DNA of 64,000 bases from NCBI GenBank assembly GCA_963711835.1, contig CAVQFQ010000010.1, positions 128,001 through 192,000 of the forward strand. The letters run 5' to 3'. The notes beneath the pieces were generated by a model. The model was not told the DNA's origin. It saw nothing but the letters and a program-made list of their open reading frames with translations, and searched no databases. Numbering within the stretch: position 1 is the first letter of the stretch; each line of letters begins with the position of its first letter. Source of the DNA: an uncultured delta proteobacterium. Its GTDB lineage: Bacteria > Desulfobacterota > RBG-13-43-22. Of the stretch, positions 45,602 to 55,088 are shown one piece after another. The position numbers were made by a program, and so were the translations under genes.

Positions 45602-46453
45602 ATGAAAAGGCAATTTATTCCCTCGGCCGATCCTCCGATTGAACAAAAAGAGCCGGCCTGGTGGTTTATATTTTATAAGCACAAGCTGCTCGTTTCTCCC
45701 GAGGGCCACGAGCCGACCATCCCCTTTATCCATAGCCCGATTGATCTTGGACTCCACTCCCTTGGAGAAACCTATCTGGGAACCCTGGAAGGAAAACATT
45801 GTTATGCCGCGACCCTTTCCGATTCAGCGACGGCTCCGACTGATATGTTTTTCCAGGACCTGCGACAACTTTACGGCCGACTGAACCAGGAATTGATCCT
45901 TCTTTCCTTTCGTGCCCTTCATCTTCTCAACTGGTCTCAAAAGACCCGATTCTGCAAGCAATGCGGGATGGAAATGAAAAACAAGGCCGGTCAGCAGGCC
46001 AGAGAATGTCCAAACTGCGGATACTTGAGCTTTCCCCGGATCTCACCGGCGGTGATCGTTCTGGTTGAACGGGGAGAGAAATGTTTACTGGCCCGCTCCC
46101 TCCGTTTCCAGGATGGGTTTTACAGCGTCCTGGCCGGTTTTGCCGAACCGGGAGAAACGCTGGAAGAGACGGTTGAGCGTGAAGTGAGGGAAGAGACCGG
46201 CATCGCGGTCCAGGATATCCGCTATTTCGGGAGCCAGCCTTGGCCTTTCCCGGACTCTCTGATGATCGCTTTCACCGCCCGGTATGCTGGTGGTGAGATC
46301 CGGGTGGACGGCACGGAGATCCTGGATGCCCAATGGTTTACCTGTGACCAACTGCCCAAAATTCCGGGCAAGATCAGTATAGCCAGAAATTTGATCGACT
46401 GGTTTATAATCAAACAGCAAAGAAAGTGGAACGGCTTTTGTAAGGAGGGATGA
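45602..46453 (+). CDS. nudC: NAD(H) diphosphatase NudC
   Basis: FCKQCG/CPNCG zinc finger, Nudix box, SQPWPFP. Confidence 0.92.
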   Translation: MKRQFIPSADPPIEQKEPAWWFIFYKHKLLVSPEGHEPTIPFIHSPIDLGLHSLGETYLGTLEGKHCYAATLSDSATAPTDMFFQDLRQLYGRLNQELILLSFRALHLLNWSQKTRFCKQCGMEMKNKAGQQARECPNCGYLSFPRISPAVIVLVERGEKCLLARSLRFQDGFYSVLAGFAEPGETLEETVEREVREETGIAVQDIRYFGSQPWPFPDSLMIAFTARYAGGEIRVDGTEILDAQWFTCDQLPKIPGKISIARNLIDWFIIKQQRKWNGFCKEG

Positions 46454-46527
46454 GCGTGCACCGGCCGTACGGAGAAGCCGCGGTCCTGACCTTAAAAATT
46501 ATCGTCAACTAAAAGGAGGGTAACACC

Positions 46528-46779
46528 ATGTATGACAAGAAAGAATTGTGTGATCGGATTAAATCCCTTTATCCTGAAATGGGAGAATGCGGCATCGATG
46601 TCAAGGTAGACTTTGATGAGGCCAAAAAGGTCTGGACAGTGGAGTTAGATAAGGAGGCCCATCATCTTAAAACCTATCTGGAACCGATGGATGCGGAGAC
46701 CTGCATGGAAGGCAAGCAGTGTGTCAGTTTGGGGCTCCAGATTGCCCAGTTAGTAGCCAATATCAAAACCGCTGGGTGA
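46528..46779 (+). CDS. Small hypothetical protein with four Cys
   Basis: RBS AGGAGG; 83 aa; C..GKQC motif. Confidence 0.7.
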   Translation: MYDKKELCDRIKSLYPEMGECGIDVKVDFDEAKKVWTVELDKEAHHLKTYLEPMDAETCMEGKQCVSLGLQIAQLVANIKTAG

Positions 46780-46889
46780 CCGGACCCCTTACCGCCCCGC
46801 CCGAAAGGGATTGGCGGCTGAAGCGTCAGATAGTTGCGGCCATGAGGACCCATCCGCTTCAGAGGAGTAAAACGGATGAGACCCAGGTC

Positions 46890-46982
46890 AAGGAGTGGTT
46901 AAAAAACCAGATTGTCGAAAACACCACCTAAGCCTACGAGCAAGGCATTGATACCCCTGAATTCACCAACTGGAAATAGCCG
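46890..46982 (+). pseudogene. Probable phosphoketolase (xfp) C-terminal remnant
   Basis: KEWLKNQIVENTT*AYEQGIDTPEFTNWK*P resembles the Xfp C-terminus, with two nonsense codons. Confidence 0.5.
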
Positions 46983-47145
46983 GGTGGGGTTAAGGCCGGG
47001 GCTCGGTAACTGTTCGTTCGTTGAAGTCAAGCGGGGCCGCTCCCCCTTATCGGTGATCCAATAACCGGTTGTCTAAAATTTAGAAATCACATTATTTCAC
47101 CAGGAAGGCCACAAGTGAAAGCAATTTTGACGGAGGGGAAGAATT

Positions 47146-48510
47146 ATGAAAAGCTATGACGTTATTGTCATCGGTGCGGGAGATGTCGGTTTAGGAATTG
47201 TTTTTAAAGCCGTCGCCCAAGGCCAAAAAGTGGCTCTGGTCGATAAGGGGCAGGTGGGCGGGACCTGTCTTAATTATGGCTGTGTGCCTTCGAAAACGCT
47301 GATCTATACGGCCGATAGAATTATGGAGATCCGGGGAGCGGCAAAATTTGGGATCCAGTCACCCATCATAGATATCGACTTCAAAGCCATCATGGCTCGG
47401 ATGAGGAAAGCCGTCACCGGCGGCAAAAACGGGATTGGAACGGCCATAGAGGAATCTGAAAATCTTGATTTTCTAAACAGCGAAGGTCATTTTATTGATG
47501 AACGGTTCCTCCAAGTGGGGGATAAAAAAATACGCGGAAAAAAAATATTTATTGCCAGCGGCGCACGCCCCTCGATTCCTTTGATCAAAGGACTGGAATC
47601 GATTCAGTTTCTGACCAATGAAAATGTGCTGGAATTGGAGAAAAGGCCGGAGAGCATGATCTTTATCGGCGGTGGATATGTCGGCCTGGAATACGCCCAT
47701 TTCTTTTCGGTCTTGGGCACCAAGGTCGCCATCCTGCACAGGCATTCGACCTTCCTGCCTTTTGAAGAGCCGGAAATATCCGAATTGCTAAAGAAGGAAA
47801 TGGAAAAATCTATCGAACTGCATTTGGGGGTCGAAACCCAAGAAGTAAGACAGACCGACAAGGGGTATATGGTGCTCGCCAAGGACATCCGTACCGGGGA
47901 AGAAAGGGAAATTTCTGCGGAAGCGCTCTTTGTGTCGGCCGGCAGAAAATCCAACGCCGATCTTTTAAAGGTTGAAAATGCCGGAATCGAGACCGACCCC
48001 CACCATTTTATCAAAGCGGATGACACCCTTCAGACCAACAAGAAACACATCTGGGCCCTGGGGGATGCTATCGGAAGGGCGATGTTTACCCATGCAGGAG
48101 ACAAAGAAGCGGAATTGGCCTGGCACAATGCCACCCACAGGAAAAAGATCAGGATGGATTTCGAAAACGTCCCCCATGCGGTTTTTACCAATCCTCAAAT
48201 TGCTTCTATCGGACTGACAGAGGCGCGGGCTCGAAGAGACCACGAAATCCTCGTGGGCCGGGCCAAATACTCCGATACCGTCATGGGAGAGGCTATGGAG
48301 GAACAGGAAGGATTTGCAAAGGCGATCGTCGAAAAGGGTACGGGAAGGATTCTGGGTTTTCATATCATTGGTCCTCAGGCGGCCATGCTCATCCAGGAAG
48401 TGGTCAATTCGGTGATCAACAAGAAGGACGTAAAATCGATCACCGATTGTATGCACATATTCCCCGCCCTTTCCAACCTGATACCGGAAACATTAACCAA
48501 TCTCGAATAA
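47146..48510 (+). CDS. Pyridine nucleotide-disulfide oxidoreductase (dihydrolipoamide dehydrogenase-like)
   Basis: VIGAG, GGTCLNYGCVPSK, GGGYVGLE, GD, HIFP. Confidence 0.88.
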   Translation: MKSYDVIVIGAGDVGLGIVFKAVAQGQKVALVDKGQVGGTCLNYGCVPSKTLIYTADRIMEIRGAAKFGIQSPIIDIDFKAIMARMRKAVTGGKNGIGTAIEESENLDFLNSEGHFIDERFLQVGDKKIRGKKIFIASGARPSIPLIKGLESIQFLTNENVLELEKRPESMIFIGGGYVGLEYAHFFSVLGTKVAILHRHSTFLPFEEPEISELLKKEMEKSIELHLGVETQEVRQTDKGYMVLAKDIRTGEEREISAEALFVSAGRKSNADLLKVENAGIETDPHHFIKADDTLQTNKKHIWALGDAIGRAMFTHAGDKEAELAWHNATHRKKIRMDFENVPHAVFTNPQIASIGLTEARARRDHEILVGRAKYSDTVMGEAMEEQEGFAKAIVEKGTGRILGFHIIGPQAAMLIQEVVNSVINKKDVKSITDCMHIFPALSNLIPETLTNLE

Positions 48511-48667
48511 CGCCCCGGAAAGGAAACTTTCCATTTGAACACAACACCGTCCAGGATGGACCCGCAGGCCCCCAGCCGTAGCTCGCGGAACTGTTAAAGG
48601 GAGAGCATGACCAAGCAGGTAGCCGAGCCAGAGGGACCGGATCAAGCAAAGTGGAGGGAGAGAACTC

Positions 48668-51214
48668 ATGGACAAGCCCAAAAGGGTTAGTAGCCCTATT
48701 TATACTTTTTTCCCCACCGAAGTCGAGGGATTCGATTCCCTGGCCGAGCTGGCGCTGGATATGCACTTGTATTGGAATCATTCGGCCGATGAAGTATGGA
48801 GGCAGCTTGATCCTGCTCTGTGGGAGCTCACTTATAACCCCTGGGTCGTCCTGCAAACGATCTCACGGGACGGACTCACTCGTGCCTTAGCTGATCCGGT
48901 TTTCCGTAAGAAGGTAGATGAACTCTTACGAGACAAGCGCCATGAGGAAGAGACTCCCGCCTGGTTTCAACAAAACTATTCGCAGACACCGCTGACCTGT
49001 GTGGCCTATTTCAGTATGGAGTTCATGTTGAGCGAAGCCCTGCCCATCTATTCGGGCGGGCTTGGCAATGTGGCCGGCGATCAGCTCAAAACCGCCAGTG
49101 ATCTGGGGGTGCCGGTGGTCGGCGTGGGGCTGCTTTACCAGCAAGGCTATTTTCGCCAAGTCATAGACAAGGACGGAGCACAGCAGGCCCTCTTTCCGTA
49201 CAACGACCCCGGCCAATTACCGATAACGCCTTTGCGCGAACCGAACGGGGAGTGGCTGCGGCTGGAACTCACGTTGCCCGGTTACTCGGTCTGGCTGCGG
49301 GCCTGGCAGGTCCAGGTCGGCCGGGTGAAGCTGTATTTGCTCGACAGCAACGACCCGGCCAACTTCCCGGCTCGTCGAGGGATTACCAGCGAGCTGTATG
49401 GTGGCGGCCCGGAGTTACGTCTCAATCAAGAGCTGGTACTCGGGATCGGCGGATGGCGCCTACTGGGCGCACTGGGTCTTAAACCCGAAGTCTGCCATCT
49501 GAATGAAGGGCATGCGGCCTTGGCCGTGTTGGAACGGGCGCGAACTTTTATGGAAGAGACCGGACAACCCTTCGAAGTCGCCCTGGCCGTCACAAGAGCG
49601 GGCAACCTCTTTACTACCCATACGCCGGTGGCCGCCGGTTTTGATTGTTTTGCTCCTGTTCTCATCGAACACTATCTCGGTTGGTACGCCCAGAACAAGC
49701 TGGGCATCTCGCTCCACGATCTGCTGGCCCTTGGCCGCCGGAACCCGAACGATTCATTGGAACCCTTCAATATGGCTTACCTGGCCGTACGAGGCAGCAG
49801 GGCGGTCAACGGGGTAAGCCGCTTGCACGGGCAGGTGAGTCGGCGTATCTTTCAGATTCTTTTTCCGGGCTGGCCGGAGGACGAAGTGCCGGTGGGACAT
49901 GTGACCAACGGGGTCCATATGGCAAGCTGGGATTCGGAAGAGACCGACGCCCTGTGGACAGGATCATGCGGAAAGGACCGCTGGATTGGAACCTTGGAGA
50001 CCCTGGAAGAAGACATACGCGGCCTTCCCGACTACCGGCTCTGGGAATGCCGTGCTTCAGCTCGCCAGTCGCTCATTGAATATGTACGGGAACGGCTTTC
50101 CAGACAACTGGAAGCCGCCGGCGCATCACCCGAGGAGGTTGAGGGTGCGAAGCATCTGTTTGACCCCAACGCCTTGACGCTGGGTTTTGCCCGCCGCTTT
50201 ACTACCTATAAGAGACCTAACCTGCTGTTGCACGATCCGGAGAGGCTCCTGCGTATCCTTACCGATCCCCGGCACCCCGTGCAACTCATTATTGCCGGAA
50301 AGGCCCATCCGGCCGACCTTGCCGGGCAGGCCATGATTCAGGAGTGGACGGATTTCATCCGGCGGGACAAGGCCCGTAATCAGGTGATCTTTCTGAGCGA
50401 CTACGACATGCTTTTGACCGGGCAATTGGTGCAGGGGGTGGATGTCTGGATCAACACACCCAGGCGACCCTGGGAGGCCTGCGGGACAAGCGGCATGAAG
50501 GTGCTCGTCAATGGAGGCCTCAATCTTTCCGAGCTGGATGGCTGGTGGGCGGAAGCCTACCGACCGGAAGTGGGGTGGTCGTTGGGGGACGGCAGGGAGC
50601 ATGAAGACGAGCCGGCTTGGGATGCTGCCGAAGCCGAGGCCCTTTACGATCTGCTCGAACAGGAGGTTATCCCCGAATTCTATACCCGCGATGAGAACGG
50701 CATCCCCACGGCCTGGGTGGCACGCGTTCGGGAGAGCATGGCGCAGTTGACGCCGCGATTCTCCGCCAACCGCACGGTGCGCGAATACACCGAGCAACAC
50801 TACCTCCCGGCTGCGGCCGCCTACCGTGAGCGCGCTGCCGATAAAGGCACGGTGGGCAGGCAGGTGGTCGATTGGCAGCAGGCCCTGGAACAGAGATGGG
50901 CCACGCTGCGCTTCGGAGAAGTGAAGGTGGAATCCGACGGGGAACAGCACGTCTTTGAAGTTCAAATATATCTCGATGACCTCGATCCGAAGGCCGTGCA
51001 AGTCGAGCTTTATGCCGAAGACGCCAACGGCGACGGCCCGGTGCGGCAGGAGATGAAGCGCCTTCGCCGGCTGACGGGCGCATCGGGCGGTTATGTTTAC
51101 AGCGCATCGGTACCTGCGGCCCGCCCGGCCAATGATTATACGGCGCGGGTGATACCGCGCTTCCCAAGCGTTCGGGTGCCTCTCGAAGCTGCTCGAATCC
51201 TATGGCAAAAGTGA
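48668..51214 (+). CDS. glgP: Alpha-glucan (glycogen) phosphorylase
   Basis: YSGGLG, HLNEGH, FARRF..YKR, EACGTSGMK (PLP lysine). Confidence 0.93.
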   Translation: MDKPKRVSSPIYTFFPTEVEGFDSLAELALDMHLYWNHSADEVWRQLDPALWELTYNPWVVLQTISRDGLTRALADPVFRKKVDELLRDKRHEEETPAWFQQNYSQTPLTCVAYFSMEFMLSEALPIYSGGLGNVAGDQLKTASDLGVPVVGVGLLYQQGYFRQVIDKDGAQQALFPYNDPGQLPITPLREPNGEWLRLELTLPGYSVWLRAWQVQVGRVKLYLLDSNDPANFPARRGITSELYGGGPELRLNQELVLGIGGWRLLGALGLKPEVCHLNEGHAALAVLERARTFMEETGQPFEVALAVTRAGNLFTTHTPVAAGFDCFAPVLIEHYLGWYAQNKLGISLHDLLALGRRNPNDSLEPFNMAYLAVRGSRAVNGVSRLHGQVSRRIFQILFPGWPEDEVPVGHVTNGVHMASWDSEETDALWTGSCGKDRWIGTLETLEEDIRGLPDYRLWECRASARQSLIEYVRERLSRQLEAAGASPEEVEGAKHLFDPNALTLGFARRFTTYKRPNLLLHDPERLLRILTDPRHPVQLIIAGKAHPADLAGQAMIQEWTDFIRRDKARNQVIFLSDYDMLLTGQLVQGVDVWINTPRRPWEACGTSGMKVLVNGGLNLSELDGWWAEAYRPEVGWSLGDGREHEDEPAWDAAEAEALYDLLEQEVIPEFYTRDENGIPTAWVARVRESMAQLTPRFSANRTVREYTEQHYLPAAAAYRERAADKGTVGRQVVDWQQALEQRWATLRFGEVKVESDGEQHVFEVQIYLDDLDPKAVQVELYAEDANGDGPVRQEMKRLRRLTGASGGYVYSASVPAARPANDYTARVIPRFPSVRVPLEAARILWQK

Positions 51215-51399
51215 TTCGATGGCCATAATTACTTAGAAATACTATATAGGGGCAGGGGCCTCTTCTTGGTGCCTCGAACCCCATTTCCTTTATCACTAGG
51301 TTACCATCAATCGAAGGACGGGAGTTCTTGAAAAGGCCGCTCCCCAAGAATACCCGATATCAGAAGACGGCCTGATACCCCGTTGATCCGTAGAACCCG

Positions 51400-52002
51400 A
51401 TGCCCATAATAACCGGCTTAGAACATTTTCATTATCTGGGGCTTTTCATCCTCCTTCTTTTAGGGGGGATCGGATTACCTTTTCCGGAAGATGCTACACT
51501 AATTCTTTGCGGATTTTTAATCTCTACCCAGGTCGTAAAACCCATTCCGGCTTTGCTGACCGTCTATGTCGGTCTTTTGACAGCCGATATGATTCTCCAT
51601 TTCATAGGAAGAAAATACGGGAGGCAAATCGTTACCCACCCTCGATTTCAAAAACTGCTTTCTCCGGAAAGGCTTTCTTACCTGGAGGAGAAGTTCAATC
51701 AAAGAGGGGTCCTTTTTATCCTTTTGGGAAGGCATCTCGTCGGTCTTCGAGCCCAAATTTTTCTGGTCTCCGGTGTCATGAGGATGCCCGCTTTCAAATT
51801 TTTATTGGCTGACGGGTTTTCCTCTATTTTTTCCATAGCGCTGATGACCGGGGCAGGCTATCTGGGAGGAAACAGCCTCAACGCCTTGAGGAAGGATATA
51901 AGCAGAGTGGAACACCTGGGGATAGTGATCCTGGTATCAGCCCTGGCCGTCTATCTGATATTCAGATATGTTAAGCCCAGGAAAAAAGGAAGCCCGCCAT
52001 GA
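51400..52002 (+). CDS. DedA-family membrane protein
   Basis: GLPFPED, GR.YG, GRHLVGLR. Confidence 0.85.
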   Translation: MPIITGLEHFHYLGLFILLLLGGIGLPFPEDATLILCGFLISTQVVKPIPALLTVYVGLLTADMILHFIGRKYGRQIVTHPRFQKLLSPERLSYLEEKFNQRGVLFILLGRHLVGLRAQIFLVSGVMRMPAFKFLLADGFSSIFSIALMTGAGYLGGNSLNALRKDISRVEHLGIVILVSALAVYLIFRYVKPRKKGSPP

Positions 52003-54521
52003 TTCAACCGCCAATCGTCTTTTGGAGCCTTCCTGCCGATCAATTACTGCAGCAGCTTGAGACTACCCCGGAGGGCTTAACGGAGGCCGAAGCCCGGCAG
52101 CGGCTGCAGCGCTACGGGCCTAACCTCCTTAAACCGGCAAGAAGATCCGATGCCCTGACCCTTTTCTTCGGTCAATTCAAGAGCCCCATCATCCTGATCC
52201 TGATCTTTGCCGCCGGGTTATCTTTCGTACTTCAGGACCCGGTCGATGCCCTGATTATCCTGGGCATTGTTCTGGTCAGCGGCCTCTTGGGCTATTGGCA
52301 GGAACGGGGGGCAGCCGATGCGATCAAGAAATTATTGGCAGTGGTGCAAATCAAGGCGACGGTCCGGCGCGATGGCGTCCCCAAGGAACTCCCGGTAGAA
52401 GAGATCGTTCCCGGGGATGTCATTCAACTTACTGCCGGGGATGTCATACCCGGCGATGGGTTGCTTCTTAAATCCAAAGATCTCTTTGTGGATGAGGCCA
52501 CCTTGACCGGAGAGACCTATCCGGTTGAAAAAATGGCCGCGGTGCTGGCACTTGAAACCCCACTGGCTCAAAGGACCAACACCCTTTTTATGGGAACCCA
52601 TGTGGTCAGCGGCAGCGCCCAGGCCCTGGTAGTCCAAACCGGAATCGAAACCGAATTCGGACGGGTTTCCGAAAGGCTGAAACTCAGGCCTCCCGAGACC
52701 GAGTTTGAACGCGGAGTCAGGCGCTTCGGCTACCTGCTCATGGAAGTTACCTTGATCCTGGTGATGGCCATCTTTGCCATCAATGTCTATTTGGCCCGGC
52801 CGGTGCTGGAATCGTTTCTTTTTTCCCTGGCTTTGGCTGTTGGATTAACCCCTCAGCTTTTACCCGCGATTATCAGCATCAACCTGGCTCATGGCGCCAA
52901 AAAAATGGCCCAGGAAAAGGTGATTGTTAAGCGCTTATCCTCGATTGAAAATTTCGGCAGCATGAACGTCCTTTGTTCCGACAAGACCGGGACGCTGACC
53001 GAGGGGTTGGTCAAGGTCCACTCGGCCCTGGATTGGGAGGGCCGGGAAAACGAAAAGGTTCTGCGCTACGCCTATCTGAATGCTTATTATGAGACCGGTT
53101 TTACCAACCCCATCGACCAGGCCATCCGGACCTTCCGCACCTTTGACCTGTCCGGCTTCGGGAAGCTCGACGAGGTCCCTTATGATTTTATTCGGAAACG
53201 ATTGAGTATCCTGGTTACCCAAGGAGATAAACATCTTATCATTACCAAGGGTGCTCTGGCCAATGTCCTGGCGGTCTGCTCCCGGGCGGAAACATCCACT
53301 GGGACCCTTTTGGAACTGAGCCAGGTTCGGGAGCAGATCGACCACCACTTTAAAGAGTTTAGCCGGCAAGGCTTCCGCATGCTCGGGGTGGCCTATCGGG
53401 AATGGGAAGCCAACCTGGCCCTGACCAAAGACTCGGAGAGCGGGTTGATATTTTTAGGGTTCCTGGTCCTCTTTGACCCACCCAAGGGCGGTATTGTGGA
53501 GACCATTCGTCACCTCAAGAGTATGGGTGTTTCACTCAAGATCATTACCGGGGATAACCGTCTGGTGGCGGCTACGATCGGCCAAGAGATGGGGCTTTCA
53601 AGTCTAAAAATAATCACCGGCCCCGAACTTCAAAAGACCAGCAACAGGGCCTTGTTACAAAAAGTCAATGAGGTGGATATCTTTGCGGAGGTCGAACCCA
53701 ACCAGAAAGAGCGTGTTATCCTGGCCCTGAGAAAAGCGGGGAATGTCGTCGGCTACATGGGGGATGGGATTAATGATGTCTCGGCCCTCCATGCGGCCGA
53801 TGTGGCCATTTCGGTAGACCAGGCCGTGGATGTGGCCAAAGAGGCGGCTGATATTGTCCTTCTTGAAAAGGATTTAAAGGTTCTGGCCCAGGGTATCGGC
53901 GAAGGACGACGCACCTTTGCCAATACCCTTAAGTATGTCTTCATGGCCACCAGCGCCAATTTCGGGAATATGTTCAGCATGGCCGGGGCCTCACTCTTTT
54001 TGCCCTTTCTGCCTCTGCTCCCCAAACAGATCCTGCTGACCAATTTGCTGACTGATTTTCCTGAGTTGACCATTGCCACCGACCGCATCGACCCGGAAAT
54101 GGTCGAAAAACCGCGCCGCTGGAATATCCGCTTCATACGCAATTTTATGATAACCTTCGGTTTGATCAGTTCGATCTTCGACTATTTAACTTTTGGAGTT
54201 CTCATTTTTCTCCTGAAGGCCCAGCCCGAACAGTTCCGGAGCGGCTGGTTTATTGAATCGGTCATTTCGGCCTCCATGATCGTGCTGGTAATACGCACCC
54301 GACAGCCCTTTTTTAAAAGCAAACCCAGTAAATATCTAACGCTGGCCACCCTGATCGTAACCGGGGTAACCCTGATATTTCCCTTTACCCCCCTGGGGGA
54401 GCTGTTTGGTTTTAAAGCCCTCCCTTTCTATTTTCTTTTCTTATTGACCGTCATTTTGGGGATGTATATTGTTACCGCGGAGGTGGCGAAAAAGATCTTT
54501 TATCAAAAAATGAGGAGGTAA
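51999..54521 (+). CDS. mgtA: Magnesium-translocating P-type ATPase
   Basis: LAVGLTPQLLP, DKTGT, GDGIND, SANFGNMFS. Confidence 0.9.
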   Translation: MIQPPIVFWSLPADQLLQQLETTPEGLTEAEARQRLQRYGPNLLKPARRSDALTLFFGQFKSPIILILIFAAGLSFVLQDPVDALIILGIVLVSGLLGYWQERGAADAIKKLLAVVQIKATVRRDGVPKELPVEEIVPGDVIQLTAGDVIPGDGLLLKSKDLFVDEATLTGETYPVEKMAAVLALETPLAQRTNTLFMGTHVVSGSAQALVVQTGIETEFGRVSERLKLRPPETEFERGVRRFGYLLMEVTLILVMAIFAINVYLARPVLESFLFSLALAVGLTPQLLPAIISINLAHGAKKMAQEKVIVKRLSSIENFGSMNVLCSDKTGTLTEGLVKVHSALDWEGRENEKVLRYAYLNAYYETGFTNPIDQAIRTFRTFDLSGFGKLDEVPYDFIRKRLSILVTQGDKHLIITKGALANVLAVCSRAETSTGTLLELSQVREQIDHHFKEFSRQGFRMLGVAYREWEANLALTKDSESGLIFLGFLVLFDPPKGGIVETIRHLKSMGVSLKIITGDNRLVAATIGQEMGLSSLKIITGPELQKTSNRALLQKVNEVDIFAEVEPNQKERVILALRKAGNVVGYMGDGINDVSALHAADVAISVDQAVDVAKEAADIVLLEKDLKVLAQGIGEGRRTFANTLKYVFMATSANFGNMFSMAGASLFLPFLPLLPKQILLTNLLTDFPELTIATDRIDPEMVEKPRRWNIRFIRNFMITFGLISSIFDYLTFGVLIFLLKAQPEQFRSGWFIESVISASMIVLVIRTRQPFFKSKPSKYLTLATLIVTGVTLIFPFTPLGELFGFKALPFYFLFLLTVILGMYIVTAEVAKKIFYQKMRR

Positions 54522-54591
54522 AATGAGGAGGAAGGATTGAGAATTATCATACGCACACAGGATACGGCTTCATTTTTGGAGGATAGTTATC

Positions 54592-55017
54592 ATGGCAAAA
54601 GGATCAGAAAATAAAAAATTAAGCAAGATTGCGAACCGCCGCGTTCATATGGCCAATGAAAGGACATTCCTCGCTTGGATCAGGACCAGCATCGGGATCA
54701 TGGCCTTCGGGTTTGTCGTTGAGAAATTCGCCCTGTTTCTAAAACAAGTCTCTTTTTTTTTAGGGAAAGTGGGCCCTCCCCACCCGGAATCTCTTCCTCC
54801 CCATTTGACCCCTCCCGGGTGGTCCTCCATTTTTGGGATCTTCCTGGTGGGGTTGGGGGCCCTGATGGGGGTCCTGGCCTTCATTCGCTACAAGAAAACA
54901 GAAAAACAGATTGACCAGGATACCTGGCACCCTTCGTTGCTGTTGGATATTCTGTTGACCATGGCGATTGCCGCTATAGGCGTTTTTTTGATCATCTATC
55001 TGGTTCATAGTTTATAA
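54592..55017 (+). CDS. DUF202/YidH-family membrane protein
   Basis: ANERTFLAWIRT motif, three TM helices. Confidence 0.88.
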   Translation: MAKGSENKKLSKIANRRVHMANERTFLAWIRTSIGIMAFGFVVEKFALFLKQVSFFLGKVGPPHPESLPPHLTPPGWSSIFGIFLVGLGALMGVLAFIRYKKTEKQIDQDTWHPSLLLDILLTMAIAAIGVFLIIYLVHSL

Positions 55018-55088
55018 AATCAAAAAGACCCTATCTCCAATCACTGAGAAAATGGTTAAATCAACAAAAATTTCAAAGGGCGTCAGAA

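Noticed and set aside
47146-48510. Mercuric reductase MerA
   Set aside because: No N-terminal metal-binding domain, no C-terminal Cys-Cys pair and no mer genes nearby.
54507-54531. Direct repeat AAAATGAGGAGG at the end of mgtA
   Set aside because: Short local duplication with no associated element or evident function.
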